Assembly (NCBI GenBank): GCA_964005815.1
Contig: CAXFSR010000049.1
Location: 10,685-74,684 of the forward strand
Reading direction: 5' to 3'
DNA: 64,000 nt
DNA from: an uncultured Nitrospinaceae bacterium
GTDB lineage: Bacteria > UBA8248
Position 1 is the first letter of the stretch. The number at the start of each line of letters is the position of its first letter. The notes under the pieces are model-generated. The model searched no databases. It was not told the DNA's origin and saw nothing but the letters and a program-made list of their open reading frames with translations. Position numbers and translations under genes: made by a program. Below, piece after piece: positions 9,401-20,136 of the stretch.

Positions 9401-12373
9401 TTATATTTTCTTAATTTTACATAGCAGACTTTTTAAATTTGTCTGACCTGAGATTGGATCTCTCTGTTCTTTACTTGTTAAGAAATTAACTGAAAACCAA
9501 GGATTGTAAGGTTGTTTTTCACCCCATCCAATAGGGATAAAAACAGAATTCTTTCTAATTCCACGATAAAGATAAGCTCTAGCCGTTATTTTTCCATGGG
9601 CTGACTCAACCTCAATAATTTCTCCATCTTCTATGTTTAACGCCCTCGCATGTTCAGGATGAATTTGACAAAAAAGATCTGGCCACATTTCTTGCGCTTG
9701 CCAAAAATAGTGTGTCCAACTGTGAAAATGTGGTGCGGGAGGTCTTCCAGTTATTAGTTCGGTATTAAAACCCTTTTCCCTTAAACTTCTGGATAAACTT
9801 CCTTCCTGCGTTGAGACTATCTTTGCTTTTGATGTTCCAGTAGGAACATCAAAAAATGGAGAAATCACATCTAATCTTTCATCATTATCTTCAATTTCTA
9901 AAAAGGGCAAATCTATTAGAATCTCTGGATCTGAGTAAAATTCGGGTAAAGCAGATAGATCTAAACAATTAAATTTGTCTTCCAATTCTTTAGTCCAAAA
10001 CTCTAGTTTTCCGCTTTTTGTTGGGAATCTTTTTCCTTCTGGTTGACCAACTGCCGTTGTTCCTTCTAAGTAAAGGGTTTCTTGTTCAAGAGAATCTTCA
10101 TATTTTACTGGGTATCGAACCCATCTATAAGGAACTGAATGTAGTCGTTTCTGAGTCACTCCACTGAGAAAATCATTTTGTATACACATTTCATCCCAAA
10201 ATATTTTTGGATCCTTGTATTCTTCCTTAAGAACATCATTAAATCCTAAACGTTTTCCCAATTCTATCCATATCCACCCATCAGGTTTTGCCTCTCCAGG
10301 AGGATCTATCAATTTATCAATCCAAACAATTCGTCGATCATCATTGCTTCTTCCTATTTCTCCCTTTTCGATTCCCGTTGCTGCAGGTAATACATAATCA
10401 GCAAATGCAGAAGTCTCGTTTTGAAACAACTCAATATGCACTAGAAGATCTAAGTTCCTTAAGGCATCTCTTACATTATTTTGATCTGGCCACTGAGCTA
10501 AGGGATTACTTGAACTTATCATTCCTTTTACAGGATAAGGTTTCTCATGTTTCATTGCATTAAGCCAACCGACGGGACTCTTCCTTATTTTTGGCCTGTT
10601 AATTTTTTCTCTTCTTTCTAATGGAGCATTTGGCGAAATAGGTGGGCCTGCCGTCATATTGAAATAAGCTCCCCCCTTACGTCCCCAATTACCAGTAATA
10701 GCGCTTACAAACATCCAGGCTCGATTTGTTTGCAAAGAATTCATATGTTGATTTATACCCCTACTCGCAAAAATTACACATCCATCTGAATTAGCAATCT
10801 CACTTGCAAGCAATTCAATCTCTTTTTGAGGCAAATCAATTATTTCAGAAGCCCATTCCGGACTATAATCTTTTTCAAAGATAAATTCTTTCCATTCTTC
10901 CCACCCTAAAACCCAATCATTACAAAACTTTGCGTCATGCAAATTCTTTGAAAAAACCTCGTGTGCTATTGATAATGCTAATGCCATATCTGTCCCAGGT
11001 CGTATTGGCAACCATTTATCTGCTTTACTAGCTGTTACAGTCTGTCTAGGATCAATAACAACCATCTTTGCTTTATTTTTGACTCTCCAATCATTAATCT
11101 TTCCAAAATAAACTGGACGTGTTTCAGCCTGATTATCCCCTACATAAAGGTACATTTCTGCACTACCAAGATCAGTCGGGGTATAACTATTTCCACTTCC
11201 ATTTACTCCCTGAGTAATCTGATAAGAGATTGTTTTTCCAGAAGCACAAAATGGGTCAGTACCTTCAATATTATGGGTTCCCCACAACTGACTAAATAAT
11301 CTCGTATACCCTTTTTGAGTAAGAATGCCAGTTCTAGTCCCAATAAATATAGCAAGTGCTTCCGGTCCCCATTTTTCTTTTAACTGTCTTAACTTTTCAG
11401 CAATTTCATCTAACGCTTGCTCCCATGTAATTTTCTCAAACTTATTTTCACCTCTTTTTCCTACTCTTTTCAGAGGAGTTAGAAGCCTTTTTTTATTATG
11501 ATGAAGTTGCAATCCAAATTGTGCTTTAGGACATATTTTTCCCTCCAAAACAGGATCTTCATCATTCCCAGTTATTTGTACTAGTTTGTCATCCTCAAAA
11601 TGAAATTTTGTAGTACAGCAATTAAAGCAAATATTGCAACCACCCGGTTCGATTCTAGTGTCAATCTTCCGATTTTTTTCAAAACCAAATGGAAAGTTTG
11701 CCTCTAATTTTTTAGGTGAAATAGGATCATTTTTAAAATCAGACTTTTGAGATCGTATTCTATTTTGAACATGATTTTTTTCCATTATAGGAATAGATGA
11801 ACTGGGACCTTTTAATCTCTCTAAATAAATTGTCTGCGGTTTCAGTAAAAAGCTATCAACATCTTTAATAACTCTCTCTTGTTTTTTAGCAATTTTAAGT
11901 AATTCAGAACGTTCTCCAAAAGTAATCGCATATCCTGGACATACAATAGAACAAGCTGGTTCTAATTCATTCTCACGTCTCTCAGAACAAAGGTCACATT
12001 TAACAGAGTGATGTCCTTCTCCATCAAAACCCATAGCACTATAAGGACAGGACAGAATACATTCACCACATCCTGTACATAATTCTTCATGGACTTTTAC
12101 TACACCAGTTTCTTCGTCTTTAGTTATCGCTTTTGGATTTACAGGACATGATCTAAGACAAGCAGGTCGTTCACAATGTTGGCAAGTTAACGTAAAGAAA
12201 TCTATATCCGGACTATTCTCATTTCCAAGCCATACAACTTTATTCCTGTATGTTCCCGGTTTTAGATGATGCTCCTGTTTACATGCTGCCTCGCAACTTT
12301 TACAACCGAAACATCTTTCTAAATCAATCATTAGTGCTAGTCGATTCAATTTCAATCCTTTTCCATTAGACAA
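9401..12373 (-). CDS. Molybdopterin (Mo/W-bisPGD) oxidoreductase with fused N-terminal DmsB/NrfC-like 4x[4Fe-4S] domain
   Basis: Four 4-Cys groups (CFGCKSCEAAC, CQHCERPACLRSCP, CTGCGECILSCP, CDLC...ACSIVCP), then CNICFNCC...ICPK, RLLTPLKRVG, ITWEQALDEIA, IDPRQT, IRPGTD, ADYVLPA and a C-terminal TGR...HFHS dinucleotide-binding domain. Confidence 0.92.
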   Translation of the reverse strand: MSNGKGLKLNRLALMIDLERCFGCKSCEAACKQEHHLKPGTYRNKVVWLGNENSPDIDFFTLTCQHCERPACLRSCPVNPKAITKDEETGVVKVHEELCTGCGECILSCPYSAMGFDGEGHHSVKCDLCSERRENELEPACSIVCPGYAITFGERSELLKIAKKQERVIKDVDSFLLKPQTIYLERLKGPSSSIPIMEKNHVQNRIRSQKSDFKNDPISPKKLEANFPFGFEKNRKIDTRIEPGGCNICFNCCTTKFHFEDDKLVQITGNDEDPVLEGKICPKAQFGLQLHHNKKRLLTPLKRVGKRGENKFEKITWEQALDEIAEKLRQLKEKWGPEALAIFIGTRTGILTQKGYTRLFSQLWGTHNIEGTDPFCASGKTISYQITQGVNGSGNSYTPTDLGSAEMYLYVGDNQAETRPVYFGKINDWRVKNKAKMVVIDPRQTVTASKADKWLPIRPGTDMALALSIAHEVFSKNLHDAKFCNDWVLGWEEWKEFIFEKDYSPEWASEIIDLPQKEIELLASEIANSDGCVIFASRGINQHMNSLQTNRAWMFVSAITGNWGRKGGAYFNMTAGPPISPNAPLERREKINRPKIRKSPVGWLNAMKHEKPYPVKGMISSSNPLAQWPDQNNVRDALRNLDLLVHIELFQNETSAFADYVLPAATGIEKGEIGRSNDDRRIVWIDKLIDPPGEAKPDGWIWIELGKRLGFNDVLKEEYKDPKIFWDEMCIQNDFLSGVTQKRLHSVPYRWVRYPVKYEDSLEQETLYLEGTTAVGQPEGKRFPTKSGKLEFWTKELEDKFNCLDLSALPEFYSDPEILIDLPFLEIEDNDERLDVISPFFDVPTGTSKAKIVSTQEGSLSRSLREKGFNTELITGRPPAPHFHSWTHYFWQAQEMWPDLFCQIHPEHARALNIEDGEIIEVESAHGKITARAYLYRGIRKNSVFIPIGWGEKQPYNPWFSVNFLTSKEQRDPISGQTNLKSLLCKIKKI

Positions 12374-12375
12374 TG

Positions 12376-13155
12376 CTATTTAGATATATGCCACCAGTAT
12401 ATATCAGAGCCATCGGAAACATAGCTAGCAAAAAAAGTAACTACAATTATATGAGCAATAAGACCAAGAAAAAAAATAATCGATAAAGATATATGAATCG
12501 ATCTCCAAAAACGAATAAAAAAATTATATTCAAATTTTTTTCTTATACAAGAATTTTCTTGACGGACTAAATTATAAAATTGAATGGAAAAAATAGGATG
12601 GCAAAACCAATGTTTAAGACTAAGAGAAAAAGTACCCTCTTCACTATCAGGGTCAAACGATAACAATAATTTTTCTTTCTTGGAAATTATCAATTCTATT
12701 TTTTCTTTTTCATGGGGTTCCATAGTGTGAAAGACTTCAATTTTTGAAGCAAAAAGTTTTGCATTCCTCTTAGAAATATAAAACCTTGCAAAAACCCCTA
12801 AAAGTGTTAGAGCTAAGAGTGCTAAAAGTAGTAATGCTGGAGCGTACCTTAAATGACCAGAAGAGTGAATTGTAACTAAGACAGAACCAATAACTGCTGT
12901 TACTACGTGACAATTAAACCAAAATACTGGTTTTTTACTTACGTTTGTTCTCTTAAGCAATAAGAAAAGGATAGAAACAGATAAAAATAAAGAACCAATC
13001 ACACCAAAAACATAAAGTACTGGGGAACCTGGCATATGCCACATAGATGGCAATAAATGCAAAAATGAAAAATATCCAAACAAACTAAGGGAAGCAATAG
13101 ATATAAGGTATGCAAGTATCCTATCTTGTATTGATAAAGACTGCTTTTTTTTCAT
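12376..13155 (-). CDS. Integral membrane protein with four conserved-type His in TM helices (cytochrome b / ferric-reductase-like TM domain)
   Basis: About 5 hydrophobic segments with WFNCH...TIHS and WRSIH...IAHI His pairs; 2 nt gap to the Mo-enzyme gene. Confidence 0.65.
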   Translation of the reverse strand: MKKKQSLSIQDRILAYLISIASLSLFGYFSFLHLLPSMWHMPGSPVLYVFGVIGSLFLSVSILFLLLKRTNVSKKPVFWFNCHVVTAVIGSVLVTIHSSGHLRYAPALLLLALLALTLLGVFARFYISKRNAKLFASKIEVFHTMEPHEKEKIELIISKKEKLLLSFDPDSEEGTFSLSLKHWFCHPIFSIQFYNLVRQENSCIRKKFEYNFFIRFWRSIHISLSIIFFLGLIAHIIVVTFFASYVSDGSDIYWWHISK

Positions 13156-13631
13156 TCAAATTCTATTTTTGAAACTTTAACTATCTCAAAAGTTCTAATA
13201 CCACCAGGAAGTTTAATAACTACCTCGTCCCCAGATTCCTTCTGCATCAATCCTCTTGCAAGGGGAGCGTTGAAAGAAATAATACCTTTAGACAAATCAC
13301 TTTCTTCTTCACCAAGAATTTGGTAGGTCATTTCTTCATCCTTGTCGATATCATATAGTTGAACCTCAGTCCCAACGGAAACTTTATCACCAGATATAGG
13401 AAGTTCTTCAATTATTTGTGCAGTTCGTATTTTCTCTTTCAATCTACTTACTTCATGTTGTAAATTTCTTTGGAGTTCAATAGCAGCCTCCCATTCTGCA
13501 TTTTCACTTAAATCCCCAAGATCAGCAGCTTTCCCGATTTCTTTTGCCACATCATGTTTAAGACGATGCTCTATTTCCTCAACCTTATCTTTTAAATTTA
13601 TTAGGCTTTGATTTGTTAAATAAAATGCCAT
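13152..13631 (-). CDS. greA: Transcription elongation factor GreA
   Basis: AADLGDLSENAEW, YQILGEEESD, ISFNAPLARGL. Confidence 0.95.
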   Translation of the reverse strand: MAFYLTNQSLINLKDKVEEIEHRLKHDVAKEIGKAADLGDLSENAEWEAAIELQRNLQHEVSRLKEKIRTAQIIEELPISGDKVSVGTEVQLYDIDKDEEMTYQILGEEESDLSKGIISFNAPLARGLMQKESGDEVVIKLPGGIRTFEIVKVSKIEFE

Positions 13632-13675
13632 CTTTTACCTCTTTTACTAATTAAAAAAACAAAATCATATTATAC

Positions 13676-14593
13676 TTAAACAGACAAATCTCTAAAATCA
13701 AATCCTGTCTCAGAAACGAATTCGTTAATTATCTTTTCAGTTATTGGACCGGGCACAGGATTTTTTGGAAAAAAACGATCTATTTGATTTACAGGCATCG
13801 CACAAATAGCACTTGATGTCAGAAAAAATTCATCTGCCTGGCTTAAATCATAGAGAGTTATATCTCTCTCTTCAAAAGCAACACCTAACTTTCTAGCCAT
13901 TTCTAATACTGTTAGCCTTGTAACGCCTTGAAGAACATTTTTTTCATAAGGAGTGTAAAGCACATTATCTTTAACCATAAAAAAGTTTGCTACTGAATTC
14001 TCAGCAACATTTCCATAAATATCAAGCATTAGGGATAGAGAACCATTAGAAGAAGCATCAAGTTCTGCTAAAATTTGATTCATTTTACTGGTCACTTTTG
14101 CCCTAGCTTCAAGACATTGGGGTGGAACCCTTCTTGTCGCCACAACTGATAATTTCACCCCCTTAGAATATTTATCTATTAGTTTATCAGAAGGAGATTC
14201 TCTCCAGAAAATGAAAATTGTCGGCCTATCTGATTCACTTGCAACCATAGAGGGATCATCCAATCCTCTTGATACCCAATGGCCAACTCGATAAATCTTT
14301 CCCTCTCCAAGTGAATCTTGATTTGCTTTTAATGTTTTAAGAGTTGCTTCTCTCATCTCTTCTATATCTAAATGGCAATGAATTTGAGTATATCTCAAAG
14401 ATCTATAAAGTCGTTTTAGATGGTCATCAAGACGGAATAATTTGCCATTAAAACAAGGAGTAACCTCATAAACTCCGTCCCCCCATAAAAATCCACGATC
14501 AAAAGGAGAAATTAGAGCCTCACTCTCTCCTATTATTTCCCCATTTAAATAAACATAGCGTTCTAAAGACATAAAAAATACTTTCAATTTCAT
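13676..14593 (-). CDS. Class IV (fold-type IV) PLP aminotransferase, IlvE/D-amino-acid transaminase-like
   Basis: YVYLNGE, FDRGFLWGDGVYE, LFRLDDHLKRL, AENSVANFF, LQGVTR, ADEFFLTSS. Start may be the ATG of MSLERY. Confidence 0.9.
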   Translation of the reverse strand: MKLKVFFMSLERYVYLNGEIIGESEALISPFDRGFLWGDGVYEVTPCFNGKLFRLDDHLKRLYRSLRYTQIHCHLDIEEMREATLKTLKANQDSLGEGKIYRVGHWVSRGLDDPSMVASESDRPTIFIFWRESPSDKLIDKYSKGVKLSVVATRRVPPQCLEARAKVTSKMNQILAELDASSNGSLSLMLDIYGNVAENSVANFFMVKDNVLYTPYEKNVLQGVTRLTVLEMARKLGVAFEERDITLYDLSQADEFFLTSSAICAMPVNQIDRFFPKNPVPGPITEKIINEFVSETGFDFRDLSV

Positions 14594-14637
14594 TAATAGA
14601 AACAGTAAGACATTTTAATCATATCAAATTTCTGCTC

Positions 14638-16242
14638 TCAATTTAATTTTTTCTTTCCCCAACCACCTCCACCAGGAGTTTCTAATCTTATTATGTCTCC
14701 TTTTTCTAGATACAGGCGTTGTTTCCCCTTACACTTAATTCTCTTTCCATCTTTTTTTAAAACCGAATTCTTTCCTTTCTTACCTGGGAAACCACCTTGC
14801 AGAGCCCAAGGTGAAAATTTTCGCCTTTCTGTCATAAAAGAAACCGTAGCAGAACTTAAAAGTTCTATTTCTCTAATTATTCCATCCCCACCTGTCATTA
14901 AACCTTTTCCTCCACTTTTTCTTCTAACTCCATACTTATTAACTCTTAGAGGATATGAATGCTCAATAGCTTCTATAGGGGTATTTCTCGTATTCGTTAG
15001 GTGGGTATGTATTGCATTTTCACCATTTCCCCATTTTCCGGCACCCATTCCACCTCCTGTGGTTTCATAATATGCAAAAGGTTTCCTTCTTTCTTTCTTA
15101 GAACGTATATCATTACCTCCAATGGTAAGATTATTCATCGACCCACACGAAGCGGAGGGTATTTTATCAGGGCATGCTTTCGACATAGCACCAAGGACTA
15201 CGTCAACCATCCTTTGACTAGTCTCTACATTTCCTCCAGCAACAGCAGATGGAAATTTAGAATTAACTACGGTTCCAAATGGCGCAATTACCTTAATAGG
15301 TTCCATACAACCAGAGTTATTTGGAATTTCAAATGGTATCAAACAACGAATAGCATAATAAACTGCTGTTCTAGCTATAGATTCAACCGCATTAATATTT
15401 CCATCTGTTTGGAGAGAAGAACCAGTGAAATCAGCTACAATAGAGTCTTTTCGAATAATAATTTTCACACTAATTTTCACGGGATTCTCAGATATACCGT
15501 CATCATCCATAAAATCCGTAAAATCAAATTCCCCTTCTGGCATCTTAGAAATTGCGACTCTTGTCATTCGCTCAGAATAGCGTTGTAACTCAGTTGTATA
15601 AAAAGAAGTATTTTTTAGTCCATATCTATCAATGATCATCTCAATTCTTCTTTGTCCTACAAGATTTGCAGAAATTTGTGCCAGGACATCACCTTTTCGT
15701 TCTTCCGGTGTTCTTACATTCGATAAAACAATAGATAATAAATCTTCTTGTATTATTCCTTTCCTAACTATTTTAACAGGCGGAATAACTAATCCATCTT
15801 GAAAAATTTCTTTAGTTAAACTCATTGAACCTGGCGCAATGCCTCCAATATCGGCGTGATGTGCTCTATTTGCAACAAAATATTGAAGAGAAAATCTTCT
15901 GTTCCTCTTTATAAATATCGGAGATATCATTGTTAGATCTGGCAAATGATTGCCTCCATGAAACGGATCATTGAGAACAACCATATCGCCAGGGTCCAAA
16001 TTCATAGTTTCAATAACATGTTCAACCGACATTGGCATTGAACCAAGATGTGCAGGTAGATGAGCCGCTTGAGATACCATTTTTGCATTCTTATCAAAAA
16101 TAGCACATGAATAATCTCTTCTCTCTTTAATATTTGGAGAAAAAGAAGACTTACATAGAGAAACTCCCATTTCTTCTGCAGTTGACAAGAAAAGATTTTT
16201 AAATATCTCTAATAAAATTGGATCTAAGCTATTCTTTCCCAT
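14638..16242 (-). CDS. Hydantoinase B / oxoprolinase family protein
   Basis: SPNIKERRDYSCA, NDPFHGGNHLPD, RAHHADIGG, GNVETSQ, ETPGGGGWG. Confidence 0.93.
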   Translation of the reverse strand: MGKNSLDPILLEIFKNLFLSTAEEMGVSLCKSSFSPNIKERRDYSCAIFDKNAKMVSQAAHLPAHLGSMPMSVEHVIETMNLDPGDMVVLNDPFHGGNHLPDLTMISPIFIKRNRRFSLQYFVANRAHHADIGGIAPGSMSLTKEIFQDGLVIPPVKIVRKGIIQEDLLSIVLSNVRTPEERKGDVLAQISANLVGQRRIEMIIDRYGLKNTSFYTTELQRYSERMTRVAISKMPEGEFDFTDFMDDDGISENPVKISVKIIIRKDSIVADFTGSSLQTDGNINAVESIARTAVYYAIRCLIPFEIPNNSGCMEPIKVIAPFGTVVNSKFPSAVAGGNVETSQRMVDVVLGAMSKACPDKIPSASCGSMNNLTIGGNDIRSKKERRKPFAYYETTGGGMGAGKWGNGENAIHTHLTNTRNTPIEAIEHSYPLRVNKYGVRRKSGGKGLMTGGDGIIREIELLSSATVSFMTERRKFSPWALQGGFPGKKGKNSVLKKDGKRIKCKGKQRLYLEKGDIIRLETPGGGGWGKKKLN

Positions 16243-16265
16243 ATATTCAATCCTAAGAAAACAAA

Positions 16266-18266
16266 TTATTTTTTATCAGAATTTACTATTTTCGATAAAA
16301 TCAAATTACTCTCTTTATCCACTTTACAATTCCAAAATGGTGGAATTATAGATGTAGCACTAAATTCAGAGACTAAAGCAGGTCCACAGAAATCTTCCCC
16401 TGGTTGTAGATTTGTACGATCAAAAACCATAGCTTCATATGATTTTCCATCAAAAACCATCTTTTGTGTTTTCTCTTTTTTCTTTTTCATATTGTCACTT
16501 TTTTTATTTAGTTCAACTGTCTTTGTAGAACCTATTGCCCTAACTCTTATGTTAACGATTTCCACCTCTTGTTCAGAATTTAAAGTTAGATATCTTTTTT
16601 TATAAAATTTAGTAAATAACGAATACAAATCCACATGGAAGTTCGATGTAATCTCCCCAATTGGAATGGTTAGTTCGTGCGATTGTCCTAAATAACGCAT
16701 ATCTAAAAATTTTTCTATTTTAAATTGATTAACCCCTTCTTTTTCCAAATCTACTTTTGCTTGTTTTAGAAGAGGGGAAAAAGAGTCCTCCAAGTTTTGA
16801 CTCTTAATATTCTCCAATTTCAGAAGCACTGTTTTAGAGTAATCTTTGATTATATCGGCTAAAAACATTCCTCTTGCTGAAAGGGTTCCGGGATCTGCTG
16901 GAATAAGTACTCTTTTCATATTAAGAGTTTCCGCAAGCGCACAAGCATGCATGGGTCCTGCTCCACCGAATGCCATCAGTGTAAAAATACGAGGATCATA
17001 TCCTCTCTCAATACTCATAAGTCTAACAGCATTAGCCATATGTTCGTTAGCAATTGTTAAAATTCCCTCAGCAGTTTCTAATAGACTAAGAGATAATTCT
17101 TTTGCTAGAACTTTTATTCCTTTTTCTGACCTACAAGGATCAATTTTCATCTTTCCACCAAGAAAATTCAGAGGATCTATCCTTCCTAAAAATAAATTCG
17201 CATCAGTCACAGTCACTTTATTTCCGTTTCCATAGCACATAGGCCCAGGATCTCCTCCTGCACTTTTTGGTCCTACTACAAGCGCTCCTCCTAGATCACA
17301 TTCTGCAATTGAACCACCTCCTGCACCAACAGTATGAATATCAATAACTGGCACTCTAACGGGCAGACCAGATAATTCTGTCTCAGAAGTGAAACTTAAA
17401 TTCTCATCGATAATTGAGACATCAGCACTCGTTCCACCCATATCAATAGTTAAAAATTTAGATAATTTGGTTTTTTTAGCTACATGGAATGCTCCGACAA
17501 CTCCTCCTGCAGGGCCAGACAAAATTGTCCTAACAGCTTCATTGCTAGCTACTTCAGAAGAAATAATTCCGCCATTACTTTGCATTACACGGAAATGTTT
17601 TAATGTTTCTTCTTTTGCAAGTTTATCTAAATAATTTTTCATCAACGGTGATACATAGGCATTCACTGCTGTTGTACTAGTCCTCTCAAACTCCCTATAT
17701 TCGGGCAAAATAAGACTAGAGACAGAAACAGGAAAACCTTCTTTTATAAAAAAATTTGATGCCTCTAACTCGTGTATATTATTTGCATAAGAATGAAGTA
17801 AACAAATTGCTAAAGATTGTATTTTGTTCCTTTTTAATTTTAAGAGTATTTTCTTTAATTCAGATTTAGAAAGATTGTGCAAAATATCACCATTTTCATT
17901 CATTCTTTCCCTTAGTCCAAAACGATTTTCTTTATCAACAATAGATTTAGGCCTTTGGTATTTCAGATCATAAAGGACATCCCTATTCTGACGTCCAATT
18001 TCAATTACATCTTCAAACCCAGATGTTGTAATAAGACCAACTTTTGCACCCTCTCTAGACAAAAGAGCATTTGTCGCGACTGTCGAACCATGAATAAGAT
18101 CAACTGGTCTATTATCAGTATTTTTTTCGGCTATCCCTTGTATGATTGCAGTAGCCGGATTCGAAGGTGTAGAAGGCAATTTATGAACATTTAGCTTTCC
18201 ATTTTCAAGAAAAACAAAATCGGTAAATGTCCCACCAGTATCAACTGCAACACGAAAATCTGTCAA
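16266..18266 (-). CDS. Hydantoinase A / oxoprolinase family protein (ATP-binding subunit)
   Basis: VDTGGTFTD, HGSTVATNA, EFERTSTT, SGPAGG, DMGGTSAD, GAGGGS, AFGGAGPMHA. Confidence 0.93.
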   Translation of the reverse strand: MTDFRVAVDTGGTFTDFVFLENGKLNVHKLPSTPSNPATAIIQGIAEKNTDNRPVDLIHGSTVATNALLSREGAKVGLITTSGFEDVIEIGRQNRDVLYDLKYQRPKSIVDKENRFGLRERMNENGDILHNLSKSELKKILLKLKRNKIQSLAICLLHSYANNIHELEASNFFIKEGFPVSVSSLILPEYREFERTSTTAVNAYVSPLMKNYLDKLAKEETLKHFRVMQSNGGIISSEVASNEAVRTILSGPAGGVVGAFHVAKKTKLSKFLTIDMGGTSADVSIIDENLSFTSETELSGLPVRVPVIDIHTVGAGGGSIAECDLGGALVVGPKSAGGDPGPMCYGNGNKVTVTDANLFLGRIDPLNFLGGKMKIDPCRSEKGIKVLAKELSLSLLETAEGILTIANEHMANAVRLMSIERGYDPRIFTLMAFGGAGPMHACALAETLNMKRVLIPADPGTLSARGMFLADIIKDYSKTVLLKLENIKSQNLEDSFSPLLKQAKVDLEKEGVNQFKIEKFLDMRYLGQSHELTIPIGEITSNFHVDLYSLFTKFYKKRYLTLNSEQEVEIVNIRVRAIGSTKTVELNKKSDNMKKKKEKTQKMVFDGKSYEAMVFDRTNLQPGEDFCGPALVSEFSATSIIPPFWNCKVDKESNLILSKIVNSDKK

Positions 18267-18351
18267 TTTTTCTCTCTGAATACTTGATTTTGAAAGTTTG
18301 GTTGAAATTCAATACGACAAAAAAAGAATAATAAATGTTCTATTAAACAAA

Positions 18352-19518
18352 TCAAGAAAAAGTAGAAATTGCGTGAGAAATACGATGAATCGCTTCCTCT
18401 AAATTTTCGATACTATTTGCAAAACACATACGTAAATGATTATCTGCGTATTGGCCAAAAGCAGAACCGGGCAATGTTGCCACACCAACCTCATCAAGTA
18501 AATAATCTGACAATTTTTCCGCAGACATTGGAATTTCACTAACATTAGGAAAAGCATAAAATGCCCCTTCCGGAAACTTACATGAGATCCCATCAATTGA
18601 ATTTAAACCATTTATAAACACATCTCTCCTTTTTTTAAATTCAGTCATCATTTTAATACTATCAGCTTGTTCCCCATTCAATGCTTCTACACCAGCCATT
18701 TGAACAAAAGGGGGAACACAACTCACTGAATTTGTTATAAGTTGAGATAAAGGATCTGATAACCATGATGGAGCAGCTATAAAACCTAATCTCCATCCAG
18801 TCATTGCATAAGTCTTTGAAAAAGTCTCTAGCAAGATTGTTCTTTCGCGCATTCCATCAAGTGTCCCAATGGAAACATGGTTACCCTCAAATAACATATT
18901 CGCATAAACTTCATCAGATAAAATGACAAAATCATTCTCAATCGCAAGATTTCCTATTTCTACTAATTCTTTATAACTCAATGTACCTCCGGTAGGATTA
19001 TGCGGATAATTAAGAATTAACAATCTGGTATTCTTCGAAATTCGACTTTTCAAATCATCAATAGTAAATTTAAAATCATTTTCTTCAAGAATAGGAAGAG
19101 GCACAGGCTTAGCGCCTGCATACAATGTAACTGATTCATATACAGGGAAACCCGGATCAGGATATATCACTTCATCTCCTACTCCAGATGTAGCCATAAT
19201 TGTGTAATAAAGGAATGGCTTCCCACCTGGTCCAATTACAATTTCTTCTGGGGAATATTCTCCACGTTTATTTTTTTTAATCCAATCGCAACAAGCTTCT
19301 CTAAGTTCAAGAACTCCAGCAGAAGGACAATAATGAGTATTTCCGGAACTTACTTCGTCACAAACAACATTAATAATATTTGAAGGAGTATCAAAATCAG
19401 TATCACCTATCTCGAGGTGAATAATACTTCTACCCTCCCTCTCAAGTTGATTTGCTTTAGCAAGAACAACAAAAGAGTTTTCGGTTTTTAAAAGACTCAT
19501 TCTATCAGCTAGACGCAT
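18352..19518 (-). CDS. Class I/II PLP-dependent aminotransferase (aspartate aminotransferase-like)
   Basis: NYPHNPTG, SDEVY, FSKTYAMTGWRLG, PEGAFYAF. Confidence 0.93.
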   Translation of the reverse strand: MRLADRMSLLKTENSFVVLAKANQLEREGRSIIHLEIGDTDFDTPSNIINVVCDEVSSGNTHYCPSAGVLELREACCDWIKKNKRGEYSPEEIVIGPGGKPFLYYTIMATSGVGDEVIYPDPGFPVYESVTLYAGAKPVPLPILEENDFKFTIDDLKSRISKNTRLLILNYPHNPTGGTLSYKELVEIGNLAIENDFVILSDEVYANMLFEGNHVSIGTLDGMRERTILLETFSKTYAMTGWRLGFIAAPSWLSDPLSQLITNSVSCVPPFVQMAGVEALNGEQADSIKMMTEFKKRRDVFINGLNSIDGISCKFPEGAFYAFPNVSEIPMSAEKLSDYLLDEVGVATLPGSAFGQYADNHLRMCFANSIENLEEAIHRISHAISTFS

Positions 19519-20134
19519 TAGGAAACTCCATATTATCTATATTTTGTGATATTCCAAATTCTTTCAAAACCTTCAAAATCTCCTTTAAGGGGAATCCTAT
19601 TACATTAGTGTAACTCCCATTTATCTTATCCACAAGGAAATATCCTTTCCCTTGGATAGCATATCCTCCAGCTTTATCTAAAGACTCATTTTCTGATATA
19701 TATTGATTTATTTCAACAGAATTGAGTTTCCGAAATTTTACTTCTGTTACTACATTTTGAATTTTTTGAGTCTTAGAAGACATAACCGAAAACCCAGTAA
19801 TCACGTGATGTCGTTCTCCTGATAAAGATTTAATCATGTTAAATGCATCTTCTAAATCTTTGGGCTTCCCTAAAATTTTTTCACCTTTCACAACAATCGT
19901 ATCTGCTGCTAGTACAATACATTCAGGAAATATTTTAAGAATACTCGAAGCTTTTGCTTCAGCAATTTGCATTGCTAGTTCTTTTGAGTTGCCGGTCTTA
20001 CAAAACCCTTCTTCAATAGACGAATCTGGAGGAACAACTTTAAATTCTATGTTTGTCTCTGTTAAAAGAGCAATTCTTCGAGGTGAACTTGAAGCTAACA
20101 CCAATGAATCTTTTTTTTCAATATTGTTAATCAA
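19505..20134 (-). CDS. maf: Maf family nucleoside triphosphate pyrophosphatase
   Basis: LVLASSSPRR, AADTIV, LGKP, DKAGGYAIQG, GSYTNVIGFP. Confidence 0.93.
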   Translation of the reverse strand: MINNIEKKDSLVLASSSPRRIALLTETNIEFKVVPPDSSIEEGFCKTGNSKELAMQIAEAKASSILKIFPECIVLAADTIVVKGEKILGKPKDLEDAFNMIKSLSGERHHVITGFSVMSSKTQKIQNVVTEVKFRKLNSVEINQYISENESLDKAGGYAIQGKGYFLVDKINGSYTNVIGFPLKEILKVLKEFGISQNIDNMEFPNASS

Positions 20135-20136
20135 AG

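Noticed and set aside
9401..12373. Mo enzyme as Sec-formate dehydrogenase or nitrate reductase
   Set aside because: No in-frame TGA, no C/U-H FDH ligand motif (it reads FCASG), no Tat signal and no nar/nap/fdh accessory genes.
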